DNA from: Dipteris shenzhenensis
Taxonomy: Eukaryota
Length of the DNA stretch: 64,000 bases
NCBI GenBank assembly: GCA_047967505.1
Contig: CM106538.1
Strand: one strand, 5' to 3'
Numbering within the stretch: the first letter of the stretch is position 1; the number at the start of each line of letters is the position of its first letter. The notes beneath the pieces are model-generated. The model did no database searches. It was not told the origin of the DNA and worked only from the letters and a program-made list of their open reading frames with translations. Position numbers and translations under genes: made by a program. This document shows, piece after piece, positions 1 to 13,589 of this stretch.

Positions 1-769
1 AACACACCTCGAATACTATTTTTTGGTGGTTGTGCAAACACTTGATGGAAAACGAGGTTTGTGGCGACTTTGACCATCCAAAGAATATACAATGGGTATG
101 ATAATTTCTATGTGCATAAACATAGGTTGGATTCATGTGTGTGCAAAGTATCACGCCCATTGATTATATGCCTATGGGCGAGTGTAGCTCAAACACATTT
201 ATGAACTCTTTATCTTTAACAATGATATAGGACATATGGAAAACCTTAATGGGAGTTAGTTGTGCAACCGCTGATGAGGCGCATATGTAAGTTAGTAAGC
301 AACTACCATATGTAGAAAGTTAGTCATTCGGCTCATATACATGTCATGCAGTATTTCGAGTGCGGATACGATGCTTCTGATCGGACTTTGTTTTGTCCAG
401 TTCTATGCCTATTCTATATATTCTGTTGTGATAGAAGCATTTACAATACAAGGAATATGCAGTTGTTTGCCTTAATCAACTATCTATGTTGCACTAAATC
501 CTAAGTTGATGTGTTCTCTTTCAGAAGTTCTGAATGCATTCTTGAAGATGTTGTATTTCTACTAATAGGTAGATTTTGGGATTTAATCTCTACCTATTAC
601 ACTGGTGATCCTACAAATAAATTGGGCATTTCAACCGAATGTGGCAAAGGAGTTGAAAGACAAAGAAGGCAGTCAAAATGTTGAAGCCACAGGCATTCTA
701 CCTACAATGGGATGGACAATCAAATCCAATGAATCGAATCCTGAAAGAGTTAATGATCAAAGCGGTTAA

Positions 770-3408
770 GTCAACACAATCCGCGCCTACAAGCAATCCG
801 ACCCTGCAAAGCAATTAGCCACTTTTGATTGTGAACATGAGAAGAGTGAGCATATGGCTCCTTTGTGCAAATTTTGTGGAAACGGAGCGCATGTGGTACA
901 ATACGCACACACAGTGTCCAATCTGTAGAATCCCGTAGGATAGAATAGATGCATCTTGGAAGAGGACTGAGAGCGCAATGAAATCAAAATGTAATTCTCT
1001 ATTATGGATTGTGAGAGAGGTGACTCTCTCTTATAGAAAGGGGGAGAAGGTAACACCTTCCCTACATAAGTGGCAATCAGCCCCTACATTAGTGGGACTA
1101 GCCTAAATCAAAGGAGCCTTCCATGTGGGGGCCTTTGGCTTACATCATCACTTAGGTCACATACTAGACACATCATAGCACTTGATGTGCCTTTACAACA
1201 CACACAAACACACATGTGACTCCCCTAAATGCACACATGCACCATAGAGCAAGCCCTTGATCACACTTATCCCAACATACCCTCCCTCAAGGGTTTGCCT
1301 CTTGCAGTGTCAAGGATACATCTAGTCTCATAGTTTCTCATGCCATCTTATGGAGGTCAAGGATAAATCTATGGCTAGGATCTCATGCTAGCAAGGGTTC
1401 CCAAGGGTGTGAGGTTCACAGAAATGGGATAGTCAAAACACATATCACATGGTCTACATCATATGGTGACCAGAAGTGATTTACAAAAGACATAACATAT
1501 GATATTCTTTTTGGAGTACTACTCCAGGCAGAGAACCTCAAAATTTGACCAAGTGATGATAAACAAAAATTCAAAAGACAAAGTGCTTAAAAAGCATAGT
1601 CTTTATTTTCAAAGTTTGATTCGTCATTTGCTGATGGAGTTCTTCCTTCAGCTAGATTTGCTTTGTTGTTAAAGTAGTCCTTCTTCACAAGAAATGCTTG
1701 ATTCTCTTTGTTGTTCTTCATGCAATAATTCCAATTGTAGGTAAAGGAGCAAGATATATTTGAAGCATTTTCCTTGTGCACCAAATACTGAGAGAAGATG
1801 ATCCCAAGCTTCATGTGAAGTTTCAAAGCCATCAATGTGGTGAATGTATGAGTCTCTTAATCCCAAAGCAATGATAGCAAGAGCCTTCTTGTCTTTGATC
1901 AACCAATTAGCTTCTTCTTTTGTAGACTTCTTTTTCTTTCCATTCACAACATACCATATCTCCATAAACTTAGCTTTTGTTTGCCAAGTATGGAAACTAG
2001 TTCCAACAAACTTCTCTATTTGCTTGGGCTTAGTCATCTTTACAATTCAAGTACTCATTAAGAGAGAATCACATAGTCATCATTCTAAATGCAAAGTATA
2101 AGGACATGATTGAGTTCTACTACTCAAGTACAATCAAAGCAATGAAAGTCTGCAGTAAATAATGAAAGCCCCAAACTTATGGTGATTGCTCAACACCCTT
2201 TGACCAAAATATGCAAAATTCTATCAACAGAGACCATAATAGATTGGAGGGTGAAATTCTCATAGCTCATAGCTCTATTCAAGGGGATTTTTATGCAAAA
2301 AGAAAGGCTTATACTAGAGAAGGTCAGAAGGTCCTCCACCAAGGAAGAGCGCAATGTTGTGCCAGGTCACCATAGCCAAGCTTGAGAAAATTGACTTGTT
2401 TTTTGTCTATTGCGCCTCCAAGACTTGACCAAACTGGGTCAGATTTCATCAATAGCTTGCCTGTAGTGTCGTCCAGCTTGAGCTCAGAGGAATTTGTAAA
2501 TGGGTAAGCACAGAGGCCACATTATGTGATATATCGGTGGACAGTCTTCATGTTGGCATTGCATGTATAGAAGAAATCTCCCTAATTGCTTGCAATTGGA
2601 AGGTTGCCCATACACGAGGAGTCTACAGCTCAAAGGGTTTCAACAATGGTCACGTATAATGGGAGAACTGAGCCCTCATAGATTTGGGAAAGAAAGAGGA
2701 AAATGGAGATGATGAAGAAGCTTTGAAAAAAACTAGTAGTTTATGCTAGAGAGAGCATCTAATGCTAGGCTAGGCTAGATCTAGAACCTAAAGCTCTGAT
2801 ACCAAGTGTAGAATCCCATAGGATAGAATAGATGCATCTTGGAAGAGGAGTGAGAGCACAATGAAATCAAAATATAGTTCTCTATTATGGATTGTGAGAG
2901 AGGTGACTCTCTCTTATAGAAAGGGGGAGAAGATAACACCTTCCCTATATAAGTGGCAATCAGCCCCTACATCAGTGGGAATCAGCCCCTACATCAGTAG
3001 GACTAGCCTAAGTCAAAGGAGCCTCCTATGTGGGGGCCTTTGGCTTACATCATCACTTAGGTCACACACTAGCCACATCATAGCACTTGATGTGCCTTTA
3101 CAACACACACAAACACACATGTGACTCCGCTAGATGCACACATGCACCATAGAGCAAGCCCTTGATCACACTTATCCCAACACAATCTATGGAACGAGAA
3201 CGTCCAACACTTGCAAAGAGAAATCAATATTCTCTACCGTGCTCTCCAAGTGCTAAGGAACCTCCAACAAGCAATGTTGAATGGTGGGGATTGTGAAGCA
3301 CTTCAAGTGATCATCATCAATGTGCGGGAATTAATCCGTGATTTACACCAAAAGATGCAAGAATTCCTTGTAGGTGAAATCATGGATGGAAATGTCGGGG
3401 AGCATTGA
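770..3408 (+). pseudogene. Interrupted ORF of unknown (probably retroelement) origin with a CxxC-x4-H motif and helical tail, split by the 924-3182 LTR element
   Basis: Removing 924-3187 (element plus one TSD) joins ...MAPLCKFCGNGAHVVQYAHTVSN|LWNENVQHLQREINILYRAL... in frame with the 3211-3408 ORF. Product not recognised. Confidence 0.4.
924..3182 (-). mobile_element. Complete non-autonomous gag-only LTR retrotransposon (TR-GAG-like, Copia-type gag)
   Basis: LTRs 924-1277 and 2807-3182 (TG...CA); perfect TSD CAATC (919-923, 3183-3187); PBS TGGTATCAGAGC (tRNA-iMet) on - at 2793-2804; PPT next to 1278; frameshifted gag 1587-2037 (IEKFVGTSFHTWQTK...ALAIIALGL...EAWDHL); no pol. Confidence 0.92.
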
Positions 3409-3814
3409 GGTTGGCACAAACAATTCAATCTCAAGACCGAAAGGAGAAGGAGTCGAGCAATCTCATAGAATGTTCATGGAGAGAGTGGTAGCAGATGTGA
3501 AACACGGAGGAAACGGAGTCATCTCCTCGGTGTATCAATCATTTGTACTTTACAAGGGCCCAAGCAAGGAGTCATATTGATGCAAATGAGGAAGAACTTG
3601 TTGAGATAGTTGGAATGCAAGAAGAGGTAGGAGAACCATCCAGAATCCAACCAAAATTGGATGAAACTGCTCCGAGTTCGGGAGATGAAGACTGGGTTCT
3701 TGGTAACACAGTGTCTGATGAAGATCCTTCCACTAGTTCTAGAGGAAGTTCAGAATACCAAGATGTAGTTAATGCAAAAAATCTCACATGGTCTCCATCA
3801 GAAACATTCATTCG

Positions 3815-6100
3815 GTTGGGGAAAAAGCGGAAGGACCTACTTGTGCCTCATTCTCCCTGTGATGTCCGAGGGTTGTCACTTTAGTTGCAAACCTCATAGT
3901 TCTAGACTTCTAGGATAGAAACTGAGGTGTGCTACCTTCATCTTCAGGACTAGATTGAAATCTCTCCTAACACTCTTTACCACCTCCTTATACCTTAAAG
4001 GCATAGAGTGATCACCCAAAGATGAGGCACTTTGGAGTTTGTGGTAGACCTTAATAACTGTGTGCCCCTTCGAGATTATTTCTGAATCACTATCAGCAGC
4101 ACAAGCAAGGGCGGTCTATTCTTGGGCATACTATGTACCTTGGAGGGGGAGAATGACCTTGGTGGGAGAACACTTGCCAAACTGATTGGTGCTAAGGTCT
4201 CCGGCATTGACTCTGAGTCATCCTTACATTTGTCACCTTTTGTTTGTGACCGTGTCACAACGCCCAACACTATGCCAATCAAATAAGGGTTGTTGCTCTC
4301 CCCCGCCACTACTACATCAACCATGTTCACTTGGGATGCAGGTTCTGCTCTTCCATTGGGACAATCTCTGGTGTAGTGGTTGTTTGTGTTGAACTGTGTA
4401 CGAGAGGGTCCCCCAAATGGATGTGTACAATCATCTTGGTAGTGGCTGTACTTGCCACATCTATAACACATGATGGATCTTCAAAAGTTGGTGCCTCTGC
4501 CTGCACCTCCACGTCCACCTTGGTAACCAGCCCGTCAACCTCATTTTGAAAAGGGGGTCCATAGCCACCACTTGGCATAGGTGGTTGGTATGGTGCATAG
4601 TAAGGCTGAGGGTAGAAATAAGGGGCACCAACTAAATTGGGTACAGGAGCTTGGAGCAAAGGGGGAATCAAAAGTAATGGAGGCAGCATGACAGGAGAAG
4701 GTGGCTTAGATGCTCTTGCAAGAGGAGGAACATGAGGTACTAGTGCTGGGGCTAGAAGTTATTGGTACCACTTTTTGACTATAGTAGCTAGAGTTTCCCC
4801 TGAAGTATACTCCGGGAGAAGATTCCTTAATCCTTTGAGGTACCTACACTCAGAGGAATCATGTCCATGGATCTCACAAAATGTAGAAAATGAGGTAGAA
4901 GTAGGTACCTTATGCTTGGAGGGACACTCCCAATGACCGTGGTTAGAACTCTCGCATTCTGTGCACCAAAGACCACTTCAAATCTGGGCCTCAAAGGACG
5001 ACTGGCCATCCACCTTTATTCTATCCTTCAGACCTTATTTGATTTCTTCTAACTCTTTCTTGTGTTGCTGCCATGCGGATGATCCCTCCTCTCTTGGGAG
5101 CTGGGTGGTCGTAGTCGATGATGAGGCAAAACTTCACTATGAATGTTCCATCTTGATGGCTTCCTTTAGGAAGTCTTGGAGTGAGGCATGTTTAGGGAGT
5201 ATTTCAACTAGCCTTATAGCAATGGTAGGGGGTAATGCTTTCAAAAACCACCCCTTCATGACAGCATCATTAGGTGGCATAAACACCTTCGCTACCAAGA
5301 CCCTCATCCTTGTGTACATCATAGAGATGCTTTCCCAAGCTGCATGGTGTCAGTGGTGGACAACTCTTGGACAATCATATGTTCAAACTTCTCCAATTTG
5401 AAAGTCTGCAGAGACTCCTCCCTTAGAGTTGTCCAAGTTTGAAAATGGTCAGCCAAAAATTGGCTATACCATACATCGACTGCATCCTCCAATGATGAAG
5501 CAAAGATGTGTAGAAAGGCATGCTCATTCTCCACACCCCTGACTTTGCATGCTATGAGAAATTTCCTCACATGAGCTTTCTCATCCTCATGTTCGTGACA
5601 TTTGAACTTTTGAGTCTTCACATGACTTTGTTGAGTAACTCAAGAATTCTGACTTTTTCTCCAGGACTGAGAACCACTGCACTCACATCGGAAGCTGAGG
5701 TGGAAGGAAGAGTAGAAGAGCCTCTCGATGGAGCAATACTCAATGTGGGTACTATGGAGACATATGGTGGAGTGGTTGATGAGACAACACCCCGTGCAGG
5801 AGACCACATTGGTGCTAGTGATGTAGCCATAGTGGAGATAGATGGTACTGCATATGCTAGAGGCACTACCATTGCGAAAGTAGATGATGAAGACATGGGT
5901 AACATGGGGGTCAATGGGGATGCAGAGGCAATTGGGAAGGAGAAGGAAGGGGTCAAAACCATGTAGGATGGATAAGAAGCAATAGGGAAGGATACAGATA
6001 AAGGCAATGGTAGGGACATGATCGAAGCAAAAGGTGAACCCAGGGGTGTCACGGATGTAGAAACTAGACTCAAAGCACCTGTGTTATGCATGGCAGATCA
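3815..6100 (-). mobile_element. Degenerate Ty3/Gypsy gag region (copy A; paralogous to 35850-37990)
   Basis: Retrotransposon-gag-like segment (HVRKFL...AVDVWYSQF...TWTTLREE), zinc knuckle CYRCGKYSHYQDDC, Ser/Pro-rich N-terminus; long nucleotide similarity to 35850-37500. No LTRs identified. Confidence 0.75.
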
Positions 6101-6944
6101 AATGGCAGCTTGACCACTAGATGTCAAGTCTAGTGCTGAATTGGGTACTACACCGTTGAAGTGGTTGTAGTGGCTGTTGCTGAAGACATCGTTGCAACAA
6201 GAGATAAGGGGTTGTCTTGACCTTGATGCACATCTGAGGAGCCCTCATCCTTAGTACTTTCCTCTTTCACCCATTCCCCACTTTGTACTTCTTCTTCTCA
6301 GGAGTCGATATCTGACCACCACTGATCTTGTTGGTCCAAATCGATCAGAGTCTTGATGAAGTTACTTGCTTCCTCTCACACTCTCCTCTCCCTCGCTCCA
6401 ATGCCGAACGCCAAATGCTGAATGCTGAATGTTGAATCCCCTTTCCCCCTCCTCCTTCATCCTCATCCCCTTGCCTTGGAGGGTCTCCTCGTCACTAAGA
6501 ATCTCCCTCCTTTCTCTCGATTGGTCATCCTCATATCTCCTTAGGTGTTGAGGATAGTCGTTGTGCCATTGGCTCTCATGATGGCTCTGGCGACTTCCTC
6601 ACTCCCTGACTTGCCAGCCTCTTCTAGTTAGGGTGGTGTAAATACTCCATGCGTAGGTGAGCTGGATCACCGCACCACTGCACCACTGTACACGTCTTCA
6701 CCATGTGTAACTGTAATTACTCCCGACTGCTCCATGTGCTAAGCTCACTCTCCATGTGCACAACTCTTGATGAGATTGTTTTGGGCATGGTACTCCTAGT
6801 TGACATTTGTCCACTCTAAACTCACTCCTAATCTCCACAAACAAAGCCTAATGCGATGTGCAATGGGTGGTTTATGAAAGCAAGCAAATGCATCACAAAA
6901 GCATACCTCTATCTCCTCGGCAAACGGGGCCAAAGATGTGTACT

Positions 6945-7320
6945 CCACGTCACCATCGGAGCCACGTCATCAGCGCCACGTAAGCAGTCCACGTCATTCT
7001 GCCACGTCACCTCTGCCACGTCATCACTGCCACATCATCACTGCCACGTCAACTGCCACGTCATCACTGCCACATCAGCACTACCACGTCATCAGGCCAC
7101 GTCATCTGCCACGTCATCTGTGCCACGTCATCACTGCCACGTCATCAGGCCACGTCATCTGCCACGTCACTTGTGCCACGTCATCTGTGCCACGTCATCA
7201 TTGCCACGTCATCAGTGCCACGTCATCAGTGACACCTCAGCACTGCCACCTCAGCACAGAGCTTCACTGGCACACCTCTTGCTAAGCACAGTGCCACATC
7301 ATCACTGCATGTGACTCACA
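6945..7320. repeat. Tandem array of 12-15 bp units built on (G)CCACGTCA
   Basis: About 18 exact CCACGTCA copies counted by eye plus CCACATCA/CCACCTCA variants. Confidence 0.9.
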
Positions 7321-7649
7321 GTGACACATCATCATAGACTTACCTGCATTCACATCCACAAATCCTAAAACTGAGAATCTTATTTCTTTTGTCCATTCAT
7401 ATTTTGGGAAACATTTCAAAGAATGCCGTCGGAGTCTCCACTCCCGAGCTACTCCTTGTGTCATGCAAGTGCCTAGTGGAATGTGTACAAGTAATTCCAG
7501 GAGAAGAGGAGGGAGGGAGAGGGAAGGGGATGAGAGGAGAGGGAGTGGTGATTTGTACGGTGTTTTTCAAGCATTAATAGAAGTCTCCTTTTTTTGGGGG
7601 GGGAGAGTGATTGCAAATGTTGCAACACTTGCCCAACTAACACTCATTT

Positions 7650-8700
7650 GTTGTATGGCCATCTAGCTTACAATTGTGGCACCATATTTTGCCTTTTTTG
7701 GGGTGCCTCTAATTCCCCTCTCTTTTAGAAGCTTATTTAGCTTCTGTTTTTCAAACTTGGTGTCCTTTTTTACCACCAATTTGTTTTCATCCTCTTCTTT
7801 GTTATCTACTTCTCAAAAAGCACTATCTTCTATATTTGGGATTCTACATTTTTGTCTTGACCACAATTGCTATGTGGAGTGATTTGTCATAGGTCTTCAT
7901 TGGGTAGGTTAGCTCCATGTTGCACAACTTTCCATGGTTACTAAGGCCACTCATCAACTATGGTCGCAATGTCGTTTTATCTTGCGCATTGTTTTACTAA
8001 TTGGTTAGCACCCTCATTTGTGCTGCAAAGCTGTACATAGATTTGCCCGCCCGTTGATTTAGTTTGTTGACATTTAGTACAATACATCTTCCTTACTAAA
8101 TTCAAGCTACAACCTCTTCAAGAATGCAACTTTCAACTCATCCCATGTGGCAAATTTCTCATCCAGGTATTGTTCATACCACACATATTACTTTCTCCAC
8201 AAATGTGGTGGGGAAGTCGATCAAGTGCTCTTCCTCCATATTGACTTGCAAAACTAATCTATGACCATCGCTCCCAAAAAACTCTACAGATAAGACTACA
8301 GATGAGATTGGGGATACTCTAGTCTCATCCCATGGATTTTTAGAATTTCATTTGTATATTTGGTCCTCTTGTTACCTCAACAAATCTTGGTGGGATTAGT
8401 GGTGCACTAACTCAAAATATATCCATTTTGGCTTATTCTATTGGATTTAGTTTTTTCCCTTGTCATAGATGAGAGGATCCACGTCGTTATTCTTCTTGAA
8501 AATTGCCCAAATTTGATGGAGGTTGGAATCCTTGACTCTCTTGGTCATCCCCTTCTTCCTCTCTTTGTTCAACATTGTTCTTGGTGATCTATTCAGCTTT
8601 CTCACGTCCTCTACTAGGGTTTCTTCTTTAGTCACCATCTATAGCCATCTTGCTTGAGCTTCAATTTTGGCAATCCACTATTCTCTGTTTTTGTTCATAT
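7650..8700 (-). mobile_element. Highly degenerate Gypsy-type gag fragment
   Basis: Minus-strand translation near 8115-8185 gives WYEQYLDEKFATWDELKVAFLKR, typical of retrotransposon gag; boundaries approximate. Confidence 0.45.
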
Positions 8701-9399
8701 CTTTGCCAACATCATGTCCTTGTACTTGTTGTCTCTACTCTTAGCACTACCTTTTCTAGTGCAAACTACTTCCTTTCCCTAGCAAGATTGCCTTAGGCTA
8801 TTTTGTTTATAAGGATTTCAAGAAATAACTGGCAGTTCAATAGTACTATTATGTGTGCTCAGAAAGCTTTTTTGAAATGGCAAAACACCTGTGGCCTTTT
8901 AGTAGGTAGCTAGCCTATATGATAATCATGTTTAACACATCATTGTACTAATCTGGTCTGTGTATTATCTCAACAAGCCAAGTTGGACCTAGACATACTC
9001 GACTTCAATGAAGCTCTATTCTAGTTATACAAGGAGAAGGATGATCATGGTAAGCTGTACACCCAGTGCCCTGAATACATGGAAGAAGAACAAGATGAAA
9101 TCCTCAAAGTCAAGCTAGAGGCCTTTGATGATTAGTTTTGCTTTTCATGCACTAATGCTACTGCTAAGCCTCTATGGTTTTGGAAGTTAAATTCTTATCT
9201 TGTTTTTAGACTAATCAGAGGATTTGTAGTGTAATAAAGCTACAATGTAAAATCTTTTATGACATATTAATATGATTATCCTTTTGTGCAAAAATAAAAT
9301 AAAATTAGGCTAATGCTAACATCGAATCATGATACTATGTGCTAGTGCCTTGGGGTAGAAACAACTCTTCACTTTGCTCCGAGTATGAGGGTAAGTGTT

Positions 9400-12200
9400 C
9401 CTTTCCATGATGGTTAGCTTTGCAACACGTGTCATCCTATCACATTGATGTACCCATCAGGCCATGAATGAGTGGTGATAAGAGAACTTTGCACATTGAT
9501 CATTGTGTCCTATAGGTCAAGTCGCATGCACTCACACCTTTTTGCAAGCCATTAAAAACATGGGTCCTGCTCCCTGAGGCACTTAATGGAGGCCAAATAC
9601 CATCTCAATGCTCTCTCATGCACATTAAGGAGGTGGCACTAGTGAAGAGACCAAGACTGAAGCTTCTCGCTACTCCTCTAGATCGCATTTGGTGCGCACA
9701 TGGTCCAACCTCCCTCTGGAATGGTCTCAAGCTGCTGCCAAATCTTTATGACCACCTCTTGTACCTCCTACTTTGTAGCAAAGCATATAGAATGCAAATC
9801 CTTCTCTAGGGAAGACCACGATGGGGTTGCTCAAGGTGAAGAACAATTGGGGAGTGGTCAGGCATTGTGGTACTTGCCAAAATGCCAGTGACTCCTCCCT
9901 ATGCATCACCCAATCGCCCACATGGAACCTGACCAACGTCTCTAGAAGTCCATCATGCCGATGTTTGTAGGAGAAGTCAAGGCTACCCGAAAGTCTAGAA
10001 AACTCCACTTCCTACCAAGGGTCCCTACCATAAATCATGAAAATAAATTGCTCTCACATCCTCCTCTCAGGTACTGGCATCTCCGAGGATGCTCTGCCCT
10101 ACTCGTCCTCCCCAAATTCTAAGTTGTTGAAGTCACCTCCAACAATCCAAGAATCCACATCTGGGAGGCTCTTAGTCAACCACGTCCAAAATGCACAATG
10201 CTACTATTTACAAGTTTGCCATTAAAAACATTCAACATGCCTATCCTAAAGTGACTTGTAACAAATGTCATCCAAACTTCCCTCCCTATGATCAACCCTC
10301 CTTTATCATACTCGTACATTGCCATTACCTGTGAAACCAAAATGCAGAGCCCTTCACTCCTACCTATTGCGGGGGACCACACCTCCAAGCCTGTCCTGGG
10401 AGAAGGTAATGCCGGCGTCTAATATCTGCTGCCAAAAACATACGTTTCTAGATCATGAGAAAAACCACTGCATGTCCAGCCATGGCTCTTGTAACTCTTG
10501 GCAAAGTATCAAATATTGTCGCTACTGCCATGCATGGTCGTGGAGCCAATGCACATTTCAACTTATGAGATAATCTAGATCATGGGGAGGAGGTGTGGGA
10601 ATATAGAGCTTGCTTATGAGTGGGATCCTACACAACCATCTTGGACTTCTACATTTTTTAGGGGTTTTAGAGGGAGAGTAATTTGCATGTGTGCAGCATC
10701 GCACTAGAGGTATAACAAGTTCTGCACCTACCTTTAGAGCCCACTGTATCATGAATGAGATCTCTCTCCCAAGCTTGGCTGCATGCTAATGAAGAGTCCA
10801 CTGCGTAGCCTGAGGGAGTTCCACCTTTGGCTTCAAATGGATTACACCCATTGCCATGCCTATGTTTGGCCTCTCTGCAAAGAAACCAAGCTAGAAAGTA
10901 GCTGTGCCTGGAAGGTTGAGACAAGGATCTATCCCTTGGGTGGCTATTCATTTCGCCATCGTGCGTCCAAGGTTGAGATAAGGATCTATCCCTTGGGCAG
11001 CCGTTCATTCTGCCATCATGGAAACATCTACTATTTTCATCATACACAATAAAATAAAGTGAGAGTCCACTCCTTTCTCTTGAAGGCAAAGTCAAAGTCC
11101 CAAAAAGGTCAAGTGTGAGAACCAACCACGCTAATGGAGACCCCTTTGCACGGCTATAACATGATTGTCATCTTTGAGGCAATGGGATACTCGTTTGGAA
11201 TCTCAAGGTAGTTTTGTGGTCCAAGTCTCCAGAACTCCCTTGGCAAGGGTTGCCTAGGGTGGGGCCTCAATCCCATGCTTCTTTGAGGAGGTTGAGTCAT
11301 AAAGATGAGAGGGAATGGATTACGATTGAGAAACTAAAGCCTCAGTCTAGGGGGCCGGTGGCTTGGACGCCCTTGTCCATGAGCTTTAGGGTCAGTGTCT
11401 ATTCTTGGGAGATGAGAGAAGAAAGACACTATTTTAATGGGAGAAGGAGAAGAGGGAGGCAGAGAGGAGGCGGAGGGGGGGTGGTTGGTGAGATGACTAT
11501 AATTGGGGGGTCGGCCGGGAAGAAGAAAATGTGTGTGTGTGGGGGGGGGGTGGACAAGAGGGAGGAGGAAGACATGGCAAGAGGGAGGGGTAAGCCATTA
11601 GGGTATAAGGGAAGGGGCGGTTGGGGCAACAACCACCAAGGCAGAGGGCCCCCCAGAGTCGTGCTACTATGTCAGCACTTGGGTGCTCTTAACCCCAACT
11701 GTTGGGGGGTCAACCTGGACATCGAAGAAGTCTCATCCTCCAAGGCATGGAGGTTGTCTGCTAGGGCATTCCTCTGACTACTTCCCCTGGGATTGGGATG
11801 CTTACTCACACTCTACCTCTCACATTCACGAAGTCTGGCATGCCGCACACAGTTCTTCAAAGCCTACTTGCTAGGCTTCTTACACCCCACCCTCGTCTAA
11901 AGGCTCTACCAAGGTGTTTGGGACTCCATGCACTAAGTGGACTCGTGTTGTGCTCTCTCTAGGGGAGTTTTCCTCTGCTACCAACAAGGGTGAACGAAAT
12001 CCCTACCCCAACCCCTCCAGCAATCAAGGGCCAAATGTTCCATCTGTCTACATCGTAAGCACTATATCGGCAGACCCGAGATCTCAATGTGGTAGTTGAA
12101 CTCTTTGCCATTAAGAGTCTCGAGAATGATCTCCTCAAGTAAGGTCTCTGGGCACTCCACGATCAATCTCAGATGGGGAACTCCATCATCTACTACCACT
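9400..12200 (-). mobile_element. Degenerate L1-type LINE (ORF1 remnant and AP endonuclease)
   Basis: PDVDSWIVGGDFNNL endonuclease motif at about 10118-10165 on -; similar to 19310-19370; Pro-rich ORF1-like region 11400-11650. Boundaries approximate. Confidence 0.6.
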
Positions 12201-13192
12201 AACACTGCCATCTAAGGCAGAGACTCCATCACTAGGGTAACGTGTTGGCATGACAATAATGACAAGTTCCGATTATGTTAAGTGTCCTCTCACGTTAGCA
12301 TGATTTATTCTTGAGTAGTAGAATAAAGTCTAGAGTAAACATTATGCTAGTCAACTATTGGATTACAACATTATAGGAGTTGGTGAATCAAAGAAATATA
12401 ATCACTCAAGCAATACCTTGAGGAGCTTCTGAACCAAATTGCTATTTACTCTATTGGCATAATCAAGGTTAAAAGTCCTAAATACTCTATTCTGAGTTGT
12501 CTCAAGTGCTATTTACATTTAGAAACCACTTTCTCTTCATTACTCTTGTGATTCCATTTGTCCTACCTATTAAGCAATTGTATGCCCACCATAATTCTCA
12601 TGTGAAAAGCCAATGATGTTATCAAAGAAGATTCAAAGCACTTACCTTAAATATCTGAGGCCCTTAAACATGCACTTGGAGGTTAGGATCACACTCGATG
12701 ACCATCATCCCCCACTCTCTTCAATACACATAGGCGTTTTTCATACAGCTTCGAACACAATAGGCATAAATTGATTAACGTCCGTGACAGTTGATTCACA
12801 CCTGCTCAAGAGCTTTTGAGTTGCCATTTTCTTGTGATTAAGTGCGAATACATGTTTTATCTCAACTTAAAACTCTTAGTTGATTTACACCTGCACAAGA
12901 GTTCTAGAGTTGAGACCATTTCTCCTGATAAAGTGTGAAGGCTTCATCTGAACTCATGCAAGAGTTCCCAGAAGCATGGAATGAGCTTGTCTTTTTGTTC
13001 TAGAGGGGAGAGTGAGAAGGAATATTCTCTGTTAGATTAAGAAATTAAAGGTATAATTAGGGTGTTTAGAGGCTAGAGCACCATACACAATACCAGCGGA
13101 TCATGGAAAGGTAAAGTTGCATGCCCACGTCCAGCCCATGTCTCAGATGCATTCAACACACCATGGATGGGCATGGGTAGCTCTAGTCTTGC

Positions 13193-13585
13193 ATCTAAGG
13201 CTGTTTACACACCACCAAAGGGTGCCCCAAGTACAACCCAACATGTGGGTGCCCAAAAAGAGTCCCGAGCAGAATTGAATGGGCATACCCCATTACACAC
13301 TATCTGCCCATAGTGGGTTTTAAAAAATTGAGTGCCTACCCATGGGCACCCCTTTACACATCTCCCAACAATCGCCCAACAATGGTTTTGTAATTTGCAG
13401 GACCCTGTACACACACGTGATTGGCAGATTGGAAGAGCCAAGCTTGTTGGCTGCCCGTGGAAGAACTTTCCAAGGGCAGGACGTGGAGTCCAGGAAGTAA
13501 CGAGATGCTTGTCCATTGTGCGCCCATGGTTTAACATCTCAAGTCGGGTTGGTTGGTTCGATCCAGTGTGTAAACACGCTTAGAT
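13193..13585. mobile_element. Putative Tourist/PIF-Harbinger-like MITE upstream of the kinase gene
   Basis: Terminal inverted repeat ATCTAAGGCTGTTTACACAC (13193-13212) / GTGTGTAAACACGCTTAGAT (13566-13585), 18/20 match; TAA and TTA flank the inner GGCTGTTT-type TIR; non-coding, about 390 bp. Confidence 0.55.
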
Positions 13586-13589
13586 CAGG

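Noticed and set aside
2793-2804. tRNA-Met-like sequence (also 29199, 34813, 43643, 46663, 47775)
   Set aside because: Only the 12-13 nt primer-binding sites; no tRNA gene body.
6856-7314. His/Cys-rich ORFs (PRHHCH repeats) suggesting a metal-binding protein
   Set aside because: Translation artefact of the CCACGTCA tandem array; open in several frames.
8820-9330. Possible DNA-transposon or gene 3' remnant
   Set aside because: Coding-like but no diagnostic motif or termini.
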